In this document: positions 53,026-64,000 of the stretch, piece by piece | How positions within the stretch are numbered: the stretch's first letter is position 1 | How the letters are laid out: every line of letters begins with the position of its first letter | From: Octopus vulgaris | Taxonomy: Eukaryota | NCBI GenBank assembly: GCA_951406725.2 | Contig: OX597821.1 | Location: 18,910,001 to 18,974,000, forward strand | Length of the DNA stretch: 64,000 bases | Reading direction: 5' to 3' | Program-made: the position numbers and the translations under genes | Notes under the pieces: generated by a model | What the model was told of the DNA's origin: nothing | The model's database searches: none | The model's input: only the letters and a program-made list of their open reading frames with translations

Positions 53026-53594
53026 TTAAATCATAGTAGTAATAACATCAAGAAGTGGAAGAAGAGCAACAGCAATAACAATGATAATCCTTTCTACTAA
53101 AAGCACAAGGCCTGAAATTTCGGGGATATTTTCATGCAACACTTTTGAAACGCCAGCGAAATTTCGGTGCCAGTTAATCACTAAAGGAATTTTGTCATCT
53201 ATTGTGTTGTGTTTGCTAAAATTATGCGTGAACGTTTGACTATCTTTGCTAATTTTAGCTATTTCATTTGCTATTTCCTTTAATTGTGATTCGCTGTAAC
53301 TGCGTTTGACATAATGATGAACAAAAGCTTTTGCATGTTTCTTGTAATCCTCTATGTCAGTACAAATTCGCTTTATCCTGAGAAATTAGGATTTCAGATT
53401 TGGCCGAATAATATGATGCGGATGATCAGAGCGGCAGTGGAGGTAAATGTGGGATGACGTGGGCTTGCTGCCTCCAGCAAACTTAACTTTTGTGTCCAAA
53501 ATTTGAACTCAGAATGTAACGGCAGACGAAATACCGCTAAGCATTTCGCCCAGCTTGCTAACGTTTCTGCCAGCTCGCCGTGTTAATAATAATA

Positions 53595-53969
53595 GTGGCT
53601 GATGATAAGTGCATCTCTGATCACGAGCAGAAGTAGCGGGGGGGGCATCATGGCCATGAGTTGTGAGGAATTCTGTGGGGTTTGGATAATTCACCTTTGG
53701 AAACATGGTTATTTTGTTCAACATCCTTTAACAACCCTTATTCAGGGACCTTTTGAGTGGGATCGGCTACGCGACGTGAAGACAATTCTAACTAGACTCC
53801 ATCTTCAAGGTCATGCGCTGTTTATCTTGATATGAGATCACCATGTCGTGCACATATGGTTGTGATGCATGTGCCTGGTGTACCCTTATTAGACGTGTAG
53901 TCATTATGGGTTTACTAGGTTTCGTATAATTTACCCGTGTCACCTTGATAGCATGCACTGTTCTCTCAC

Positions 53970-53970
<1 letters not shown>
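53595..53970 (+). repeat. Unclassified interspersed repeat ending in a trinucleotide microsatellite
   Basis: Same family as the two pieces at 7642-7970. Confidence 0.75.
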
Positions 53971-54191
<221 letters not shown>

Positions 54192-54192
<1 letters not shown>

Positions 54193-55660
54193 TGGAGAAA
54201 ACCCTGTAAAAAATCATCCTCATTCTTTGCAATAACGACAATTTCAAACAAAAATACTGGCATGAACGGGAAGACTCAGCAGATCTACTGCGCCAGGCTG
54301 GAGCCCCTCAGAGGGCAATGAAGTGGGAGACCAGATTCCACCCAATCGTAGTCTGTTTGCTGGTCAAAATATGCAACATGCTCGCAAATGCTATTGGTCT
54401 GTTGATATGAACAAAACGGCAATCCCGTGCCATGAACAAGCCCTGCTAGACAAGAACAATGGCAAAGGTAAAGCTGTCGGAAAAAAAAGATCATTAGGAC
54501 TTTGGAACCAGCTGGGTATGATCTAGATTACTGAAAATGGACTCATGAAGCAGATAAGAATAATTCGGAATAGAGGCTTTCTTAATGAAGCCCAGATTCA
54601 GAAATCAGGAACAGCCTCCGTAGAAGTTAACCTCGAGGGTAATAATGTTAGATGGAAATTAGCAAAGTTGCAGTAGAAGAGAGGCCGGCCAATAAATAGT
54701 GTAGAAAACACTGTATTGCAGGATATGACTGACGAATTGAGAAACATCAGGATAAGATTCGAGGATATAATAGTTACAAGAACAGAGACCAAGTCGGTGA
54801 ATTTGAGAAGCTTCGACCGTAACAATGTGAGACGCGCGACCCAAAAAGTTGATGAGATTCTGAAATACATTCTGACAGAAGATCCAACAGAAACAAGGAG
54901 CTTAATCAGATCCGCTTTAATTTTAGTAGGTGAACTGCTTGGGAAGGAAGAGAGGAAATCAGATGGACAGAGGGAGCCATGGCGGAAATGGAGAATTAAA
55001 AGCGATGTTCCACCGAAAGACGAAAAAGCATTATGGAGGTGGCTCAGCAAGGGTGACATAAAAAAAGAAGACTGAAAGCCTAATCAACGCTGCTCAGGAA
55101 CAAGCATTGAATACCAATATAGTGAAATGGGATATATACCACATGAGTGAAACGAACCTCTGCAGAACGTGTGGGAAGAGGGTCGAAGACATGATTAACA
55201 TTGTTAGTGCTTGTGAAAGTCTTGTGCAGAAAGAGTATAAGAGCAGACACGATAAGGTAGCCCAAAACATTTACTGGCTGCTATGCCAGAAGTATGGATA
55301 CGAGGTAACGGGCGCTTGGTAGCAACATGCACTGGAAAAAAAAATCCTCTGGGACTTTGACTTCCAGACAGACAAGGTGTTAGAGCACCGAAGGCTGGAC
55401 ATAGTAATCTTTAGGAGGGACAAACAAGAGAGCATAATAAGCGACATCGCAGTGCCAGGAGATCAACATGTCATCATGAAAGAAAGAGAAAAGATTGATA
55501 AATATGGAGACCTGAGAATTGAGATCGCCAAGTTCTCAGAGTCAAACATAAAGGTTGTCCCTGTTGTCATCGGAGCATTGGGTTCAATACCACCCAATCT
55601 GAAGAAACACCTGGAAACTTTAGGAATGCTCTACAATCTAGGTGTATTGCAAATATCGGT
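54192..55660 (+). mobile_element. R4/Dong-clade element lacking the RT domain (N-terminus fused to CCHC/REL)
   Basis: N-terminal RKCYWSVDMNK and QREPWRKWRIK run directly into WRWLSKGDIKK..AAQEQAL, CRTC, RHDKVA, LWDFDFQTD, DIAVPGD and VVPVVIGALG. Confidence 0.8.
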
Positions 55661-56203
55661 ATTTGAACTCAGAACCTAGCAACAGACGACATACTGCTGA
55701 GCATTTCGCCTGGTGTGCTAACAATTCTGCCATCTCGCCGCCTTAAATATACTAATAATAATCATAAAAGCATACAATAGTTACCCAAAGGTACATTTAC
55801 ACTAAGTACGAGCAAGCAATAGGCGGGTTTTATTTTTCTTCTCGAATCCACTTTCTTCCCACAGATTTGACTACGACAAAGATAAAAGAGAAACCAAAAA
55901 CGGATAATTACCCTAAAAACAACACTATTTTGTTTTTTTTGATTTACGTCATGTGAGGGCGGGTTGTTGTGGATGAGGAAAATACTGAATAAAGCCAATT
56001 AGAAGCTGTTGTCTGTATTTTTACAGTTGTAGGTGAGGTTGTAGTCGTTTATTCGCAAACATTCGTGGCAATATAAGAATTGTCGGAATAGGTTGTTTTA
56101 AATTAACTGTGGACAAATATTTACCGAAAGAAAACTATATCAATAACAACAGTGGCAACATTTAACGTCAAGAATATCAGTAACAATAATAATAAGCAAA
56201 AAG

Positions 56204-56293
<90 letters not shown>

Positions 56294-56685
56294 TAATAAT
56301 AACAATAATCCTTTCTGCTGTAGGCACAATGTCTGAAATTTGGGGGGAGGGGACTACTCGATTACATCGACCTCAGTGTTCCACTGGTACTTACTTTATC
56401 GACCCCAAATGGATGAAAGGCAGAGTCGACCTTGGCGAATTTGAACTCAGAATGTAGCAGCAGACAAAATACTGTTAAGCAATTTGCCCGGTGTGCTAAC
56501 GATTTTGCCAGCTTGTCGCAGTAAGAATGATGATGATGATGATGATAATGATGATGACGACGATGATGATGATGATGAGGAGGAGGAGGAGGAGGAGAAT
56601 AAGAGTCATAATAACAAAGATGGCAATAGTAATGATGGTGATGATGATGATGATGATGATGATAACGATGATGATGACGACGATT

Positions 56686-56716
<31 letters not shown>

Positions 56717-57121
56717 CGACGACGATTATGATGATGATGATGATGATGATGATGAGGGTGAGAAGGTGGAGGAGGCTGACGACGACGATGACGAAAAGAA
56801 TAATAACTTAGTTGGCTTTCTAGAGAAGGAATAATAAAAAAAAAATCCAATTAAGATGAAATTCCTTCCGTTATTGCCATAAGTCTATCGGGAACAAACA
56901 AATCTCCACACACTGAAGAGTGAGTCTCTTATTATTTGTCAGATCGATAAAGTAGTATTGGATTGATCTACGAAGGAAGAAGAGATGGTGATTGGTGGCT
57001 TTTGGCCATAATACCTTAGTGACTATGTGTATGTAAGTGTATTTGTATACCTCGGTATATTTAAACGAACGTCTATGTGTGTTTTTGCACATAAGTGTAA
57101 CATATGAATATATGTGCGTGG

Positions 57122-57177
<56 letters not shown>

Positions 57178-57180
57178 ATA

Positions 57181-57217
<37 letters not shown>

Positions 57218-57610
57218 TCATACATATATGTGTGCATGTATTAATACACGCAACCCCCTCTTTCATATATAAATTCTTACACACACACACGCACACACAC
57301 GCTCATGCACAGACACAGACACACACACACACACGAGCGAGCACACATACACACACGCGCGCATACACAATGTACTGTTTCATTATTTGTGGGATCAACA
57401 AAAAACATTCTCCATCTAGTGAGAGATAAATACCATGCTTAGCGCTATTTCGTCTGTCTTTAAGTTCAGAGTTCAAATTCCACTGAGATCACCGTAGCTT
57501 TTCATTGTTTTGGGGGTAGATAATATAAGCATCAGTTGAATAATGCGGTCGATGTATTCGACTTAACCATTTCCCGAAATTACTGGCCTTGCGTTAAAAT
57601 TTAAAACCGA
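55660..57610. mobile_element. Scattered Nin/Deu-domain SINE pieces (55660-55745 minus, 56310-56520 minus, 57435-57610 plus; others at 3480, 29750, 52325, 52760, 53500)
   Basis: Matches to the 42764 SINE head and core. Confidence 0.75.
56527..56792. repeat. (GAT)n/(GAC)n/(GAG)n microsatellite
   Basis: Directly visible. Confidence 0.95.
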
Positions 57611-58155
57611 TATACACATGATTTAAATTCGAGTCACTATAGTTTCATGCTTTGAAAACACAACGGTCGGGCAAGCTTGTATAGCTTGCCCTTTGCTAAT
57701 TCAATAAGAAAAACAAACTGTTTGGATGCTGTCAGAATTAGAGCTTAATAAGATCAAAATAAGATATGTTATATTTCAGCTAAAAAAAAAAAGCCTGCAT
57801 CGCTTTGAGGTATAGTGTGGATTATTCCCTGATGCTCCACTTCATAATATGTGGTGTCTAGTTGGCTTTTCAGGTCCCAGGCATGTCTAAACACCCTCGT
57901 GACTTTCTTCTTATTAAACATGCGCGCACACTAAGAGTGGCTATTGTTATTACCGCAGAGAACATATGTATGTACGTATCTATGTATGTATTTATGTACG
58001 TTTGTATGATGTATGTGTGTGTGTGCATGTGCTCCTATAGTTAATAAATTCAGTTTTAATACACTATACTCGATGCAACTAGAAAGTAACTTCGTCCACT
58101 TTTGTTAACAAACGATATCAAAACGATATCAATTAAATTGGCATATATATGTATG

Positions 58156-58240
<85 letters not shown>

Positions 58241-58253
58241 TGTATATATATAT

Positions 58254-58547
58254 GGCAATGGCCCAGTGGTAAGGGCAGCGGACTCGCGGTCGTAGGATCG
58301 CGGTTTCGATTCCCAGACCGGGCGTTGTGAGTGTTTATTGAGCGAAAACACCTAAAGCTCCACGAAGCTCCGGCAGGGGGTGTTGGCGATCCCTGCTGTA
58401 CTCTTTCGCCACAACATTCTTTCACTCTTTCTTCTGTTGGCCTGTCTGCTTAGCCAGCGGTAGCGTCATTTGAAGGCTAAAACAATGCGAAGCGGATTGT
58501 GACCAACGATGTGTAACGACATCTGATAGCCTGGTCGGTCACGTGAT

Positions 58548-58585
<38 letters not shown>

Positions 58586-58815
58586 GCGAGGTGTGTGTTT
58601 ATGAACGAAACACCTAAGCTCCACGTGGCTCCAGCAGAAGGTAATGGCGAACTTCTGCTGACTCTTTCGCCACAACTTTCTCTCACTCTTTCCTCCTGCA
58701 TCTTGCAGCTCACCTGCGACGGAACGGCGTCCCGTCAAGGTGGGGAACCTATACGCTAAGGAAATCGGGAAACCGGCCCTTATGAGCTAGGCATGGCTCG
58801 AGAAGGAACAAACAA
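58254..58815 (+). mobile_element. tRNA-Arg-derived SINE (58254-58553) followed by a related subfamily piece (58585-58815)
   Basis: A box tggcccagtgg, gactcgcggtc and B box ggtttcgattcc, with a shared aaacacctaa(a)gctccacg body. Confidence 0.85.
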
Positions 58816-58924
58816 TAATTATACACATATATACATATATGTTAATTTAAATGATATTGTGCTTATATCATTTATATACACAACATTACTCCTTGGATCG
58901 TATGTGCTACAAATATCTAATAAT

Positions 58925-59455
58925 CACAATATAGAAATTTCTGGAAAGGGCTAGTACCTAATTTCGGCATTGAGTGTTATACAAATACCCGAACTGGACG
59001 CCGTTGAATTGTACGGAAGGTAATGCTCACTTCATATAAATTTAGGACCAGGTACTGCAATAACTTAGGATTCAAAGCCCCACAGTACTTCAAGACCCTG
59101 CCACACTTATTAAGAAACCTAGAAAATGTGGGTGTAGATATCTTCAACTAGATCTTTCCCTCCCAACAATGTGGACGTAAATGTTTTCAAAAAAGAACTA
59201 GACTTTCTCCTCCCAACAATACCGGATGAATCTACGGCACAGCATTAGATACAGACTAGGGTAGCGCTGTCAAATGCCCTCATACACTGAATGGGCCAAA
59301 ATTCAGGAGAAATGCACATACTTGAGTGGTGAAGTGAAACCCCACCACCATGAAGAAATCAGCTAAATTGGATCGTAATCAACGGCGCAAAACCACGGTA
59401 GTCCTCCAGCATGACCACAACTGCATGACTGAAACAAATAATAATAAATGATAAA
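58925..59455 (+). mobile_element. CR1-like LINE 3' end
   Basis: GLVPNFGIECYTNTRTGR, RTRYCNNLGFKAPQYF..LP.LLRNL, VFKKELDFLLPTIPDE, RVALSNALIH. Confidence 0.7.
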
Positions 59456-59629
59456 ACCATTTATATATATATAGACAAATAGCACAAAAAAAAGACACAA
59501 TGTGCAAGTAGAAAACATAAGAAAATATAATTATACCAAAAGTATTAAATATTCCATCCCACACACATACATATAAAAAAATTAAACGATTTTATACATA
59601 TACACACACACACACATATATATATGTAA

Positions 59630-59669
<40 letters not shown>

Positions 59670-59721
59670 GTAAACATATATATAAACTTACTTGGAAATG
59701 GATGCGTGGCGTTCAATCATA

Positions 59722-59775
<54 letters not shown>

Positions 59776-60279
59776 TAATCCAAACAAGAAAACACAGAAA
59801 AAAACACAGCAACGCGAGGACGTGGAACAATTAAAGTATTATTTGACGCTCAGGAAAGAAGGGAAGGAGGGTTTAACGTTTCGAGCGGAGCTCTTCGTCG
59901 GAAACAAGGAGAAGGAAAGATCCCGAGAAGGGAAGACAGGGGGAAAAAATATTTTTGCTGGTGGTGCTCAAGAGATCACATGTTGAAAGAACAGAAGTTG
60001 AAAGGTAGACGAATCATGATTTTTAAAAACAGGAGAGTTTCAAAGACAAGGAATGTGTGTGGGTGCGTGTGTGTGTGTGTGTGCAAGGATGACAAGTGTG
60101 TTTGTGCGCGTGCGTGCGTGTGTGTGTATGGGTATGTATGGTGAATAATAGGCATGGCAAGTTAGCTGTCATAAAGGAGTGGCACTTTTTTGTATCCAGC
60201 GAGGTCAAAACCAGGTAAAAAAACAAAGGGTATATGTGTATGCGTATAAGTATATGTATCATGTGTGTGTGTTGTTTGT

Positions 60280-61762
60280 ACTGTGTGTGTGTGTGCATGT
60301 GTGTGTTCGTGTGTGTATGCGTAGAGTTTGGGTGTGTGGCGAGTAACTGTGCTTAACCTAGTGTATGTGTGCGTGTGTGCTTGTACGTGCGTGTGTGTGT
60401 AGGGATGTATGTGTGGGTTGATTTGTGTGAGTGTGTATGTATGTACGTGTATGTGTGTGCGTGTATGTGTGCGTTTGTATGTGTATATGTGTATGTGTGC
60501 GTGCGCGGATAGGTGTATATTGTGTATGTATATCTGTCGGTGTGTATGTGAATTTGTGTGTGTTTGTACGTGTGTATGTGTGTGTGCGTGTATAGTATAT
60601 ATATGTAAATGTGTGTGTGTGTGCGTGTGTGTGTACGTGCGTGCGAGTGAATGTATATATGTGTGCGTGTGTGTACAATGTAGAGGCTTATATGTGTGTT
60701 TATATGTTTATATGTGTGTATGTATGTGTGTATGTGTGTAAGTGTGTGTGTGCATGTGTGTGTATGTATGTGTGTGTATGTATGTATGTATGTAAATGTA
60801 TGTGTATGTATCTATGTATGTATGTGTTACGTATGTGTGTGTATGTTTGTATGTGTGTATGTGTGTATATGTATGCGTGTGTGAATGTATGTATGTGTGT
60901 ATGTGTGTGTATGTGTGTATGTATGTATGTATGTATGTGTGTATGTATGTATGTGAGTATGTGTGTGTATGTGTGTATGTATGTATGTATGTGTGTATAT
61001 ATGTGTATGTGTGTATATATGTATGTGTGTATGTGTGTATATGTATGCGTGTGTGAATGTATGTATGTGTGTATGTGTGTGTATGTGTGTATGTATGTAT
61101 GTATGTATGTGTGTATGTATGTATGTGAGTATGTGTGTGTATGTGTGTATGTATGTATGTATGTATGTGTGTATATATGTGTATGTGTGTATATATGTGT
61201 ATATGAGTATGTGTGTGCATGTGTGTATATGTGTGTGTATGTATGTGTGTGTAAGTATGTGTGTGTATGTATGTATGTGTGCTTGCGTGCATGTGTGTGT
61301 GTATGTATGTATACGTATGTGCGTGTGTGTGTATGTATGTATCTATGTATGTATGTATGTATGTGTGTATGTGTGTGTGTGTATGTATGTGTGTATGTGT
61401 GTATGTGTGTGTATGTGTATGTATGTATGTATATGTATGCGTGTGTATGTATGTATGTATGTATGTATGTGTGTGTGTATGTGTGTATGTATGTATGTAT
61501 GTGTGTGTGTGTATGTATGTGTGTGTGTATGTATGTATGTACGTACGTACGTACGTATGTATGTATATGTGTGTATGTGTGTAAGTGTGTGTGTGTATGT
61601 ATGTACGTATGTATGTATGTGTGTATGTATGTATTTATGCATGTGTGTATGTGCGTGTGTGTACGTATGTATGTATATGTATGTGTGTGTGTGTGTATGT
61701 ATGTATGTATCTATGTATGTAGTGTATGTATGTGTGTGTGTATGTGTATGTGTTTATGTGTG

Positions 61763-61793
<31 letters not shown>

Positions 61794-62241
61794 GTGTGTA
61801 TGTGTGTGTGTGTGTATGTGTGTTTATGTATGTATGTATGTATGTGTGTATGTGTGTGTATGTATGTGTGTATGTGTGTAAATGTGTGTGTATGTATGTA
61901 TGTATGTACGTGTGTGTGTATGTATGTTTGTGCATGTAAGTATGTGTGCGTGCGTGTGTGTGTATGTGTGTATGTATGTGTGTGTGTATGTATGTATGTA
62001 TATGTATGTTTGTGTATGTATGTATCTATGTATGTATGTATGTATATGTGTATGTATGTGTGTATGTATGTATGTATGTGTGTGTATGTATGTATGTATG
62101 TATGTATATGTTTGTGTGTGTGTATGTATGTGTGTATGTGTGTAAGTGTGTGTGTGTATGTGTATGTATGTATGTATATGTACGCGTGTGTATGTATGTA
62201 TGTATGTGTGTATGTGTGTGTATGTGTGCATAGTATGTATG

Positions 62242-62272
<31 letters not shown>

Positions 62273-62633
62273 GTATGATTGTATGTGTGTATGCGTGTAT
62301 GTATATATCTATGTATGTAGGTATGTGTGTATGTGTGTGTGTGTCTGTATGTATGTATGTATGTATGTGTATATGCGTGTATGTGTGTATGTGTGCGTGC
62401 GCGGATGTATGTGTGTATGTGTGTGTATGTATGTATGTATGTGTGTATATGTATGTATGTATATGTATGTGTGTGTATGAGTGTATGTGTGTGTGTGTGT
62501 GTATGTATGTATGCGTATATGTGTGTGTATGTATGTGTGTGTATGTATGTGTGTGTATGTATGTTTGTATGTGTGTGTGTATGTGTGTATGTATGTGTGT
62601 ATGTATGTATGTATGTATGTGTGTACGTGTGTG

Positions 62634-62665
<32 letters not shown>

Positions 62666-63305
62666 CGTGTGTGTGTATATATGTATGTATGTATGTATAT
62701 GTCTGTATGTGTATGTATGTATGTATGTATGTATGTATGTGTGTGTGTGTGTGTGGGTGTGTGTGTATGTGTGTATGTATATGTGCGTGTGTGTATGTAT
62801 GTATGTATGTGTTTATGTATGTGTGTGTGTATGTATGTATGTGTGCATATGTATATGTGTGTGTATGTATGTATGTGTGTGTGTATGTATGTATGAATGT
62901 ATGTATGTATGTATGCGTGTGTGTGTATGTTTGTATGTATGGATGTATCTATGTATGTATTATGTGTGTGTACGTAACGTATGTATGTGTGTGTGAATGT
63001 ATGCGTGTGTGGGGGGGTTGGAGTTGTGTGGGCGTAAGGTACATGCGCGTGCTTTTGTGCGTGTGTGCGCTTACGTGCGTGTATCTGTGCGTCTCAGCTA
63101 GGTGTTTATAGGTGTGTGCGTATCTGTATGAGTATTGTCCCTTGTGTGTGAGCACGGGCATGTGTGTGTGTGCGCGTGGGTGTGTGTATAGGTGTGTGGG
63201 TGGGTGTATAGGTGTGGAAGTATGTGTGCGTACATGTGCATGTACGTTGTGTGTGTGTGGTGTGTTGGGAGTAGGTGTGTTCGTGGGTACGTGAGTATGT
63301 GTGTG
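60280..63305. repeat. About 3-kb degenerate (GT)n/(GTAT)n tract
   Basis: Directly visible, with local higher-order duplication (about 60840-61010 versus 61020-61190). Confidence 0.95.
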
Positions 63306-63415
63306 ACTGCATAAGGACAATTATAAAAAATAAAAAATAAAAAATATAAAATAAAAAATAAAAAATATTATATAAAAAATTAAAGATGCTAGTGGGGAGA
63401 AGCGGAGCGCAGTCA

Positions 63416-64000
63416 CTAAGAGGAGGAGGCTGTGTTGAGTCCGTGTGGGGTTAGAGTCTGTAGAAGGAATATGAGCCGTTGCTCCAAGTGAAGCCTAGAT
63501 TGTGGAGAGCCGTTGTGTGGGGCAAGACCAAATACCGAGATGTCATCGGGGGAATGGCTGGCCGAGCGGAAGTGACGTGCGACGGGAGAATTGGACCGTA
63601 GACGAACATCCCTCAGATGTTCGGCGAATCGGTCTGACAACCGGCGTCCCGTCTTTCCTATATACAGCATTCAGCAGAGGTTGCATTTAATGCAGACGAG
63701 GTGCACGTAAAAGAATATCTGATACGTACAGTTCGCTGGTTGGAACCGGTGACAGCAGTGGTGTTGGTGATGAAGGGGCCGGTGTTGCAGCGGGATCTGG
63801 AGCACGGGAAGGATCCGAGTGGGGCCGAGGGGAAGAAGGGAGGGTGCTACGGACCAGGAGGTCGCGTAGATTCCGGGCTCGTTTGAAGGAGGACAGGGGT
63901 GGGTTGGGGAAAATGGGGTGGGTCGTGGAATCGAGCTGGATACGACAGAAGGCACGAAGTATCTTCCGACGATGGGGTAGAGTAGAGGGGGTGGAAAAGG
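63416..64000 (-). pseudogene. PLE GIY-YIG endonuclease fragment, frameshifted
   Basis: SFPCCRSRCNT, CIKCNL, LYIGKTGRRLSDRFAEHLRD, PVARHF, EQRLI, PHGLN. Confidence 0.9.

Larger units (their letters stand above)
59770..64000 (-). mobile_element. Penelope-like element (Neptune-like) with about 3.6-kb microsatellite-swollen 3' region; continues beyond the window
   Basis: GIY-YIG at the right end, a tail with hammerhead-like motif at 59871-59905, and (TA)n at the left end. Continuity across the repeat tract is inferred by analogy with 37460-39105. Confidence 0.7.

Noticed and set aside
53650-53712. HDV-like ribozyme (GGCCATG/CATGGTT pairing) upstream of R4 sequence
   Set aside because: P1.1, P3 and P2/J4-2 elements could not be placed.
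60611-63111. Longest ORFs in the track (442, 505 and 321 aa of C/V/M/Y)
   Set aside because: They are translations of GT/GTAT repeats, which lack stop codons by composition. The same applies to the many YIYI, HTHT, poly-D, poly-S and poly-I ORFs.

Overview
This is AT-rich, microsatellite-saturated eukaryotic DNA with no recognisable intact host gene. The SINE families resemble those of octopus/cephalopods (inference). Almost all long ORFs in the track are translations of (TA)n, (CA)n, (TACA)n and trinucleotide repeats. The supportable content is decayed transposable elements: several R4/Dong-type (REL endonuclease) LINE copies, one of them split by a 1023-bp solo LTR with an ATAT target duplication; a mariner with TIRs and TA duplication nested in a Helitron-like element; a second Helitron with a PIF1 helicase fragment; a Tc1 transposase fragment; CR1-like LINE remnants; tRNA-derived SINEs of at least four families; and many Penelope-like element (PLE) pieces. 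The most striking structure is in the PLE material. About a dozen hammerhead-ribozyme-like folds lie in short modules at or near (TA)n tracts, several with non-canonical but internally consistent cores (for example U3-A8 replacing C3-G8). Several modules form fold-back inverted repeats, with arms of about 27 bp, 218 bp, 500 bp and 1.1 kb, and three PLE insertions are chained end to end from about 31.8 to 39.1 kb. PLE hammerheads are a known phenomenon, so I cannot claim a new system. The variant cores, the fold-backs and the (TA)n landing-pad behaviour are the best leads. All calls were made by eye, and boundaries marked approximate may be off by tens of bases.
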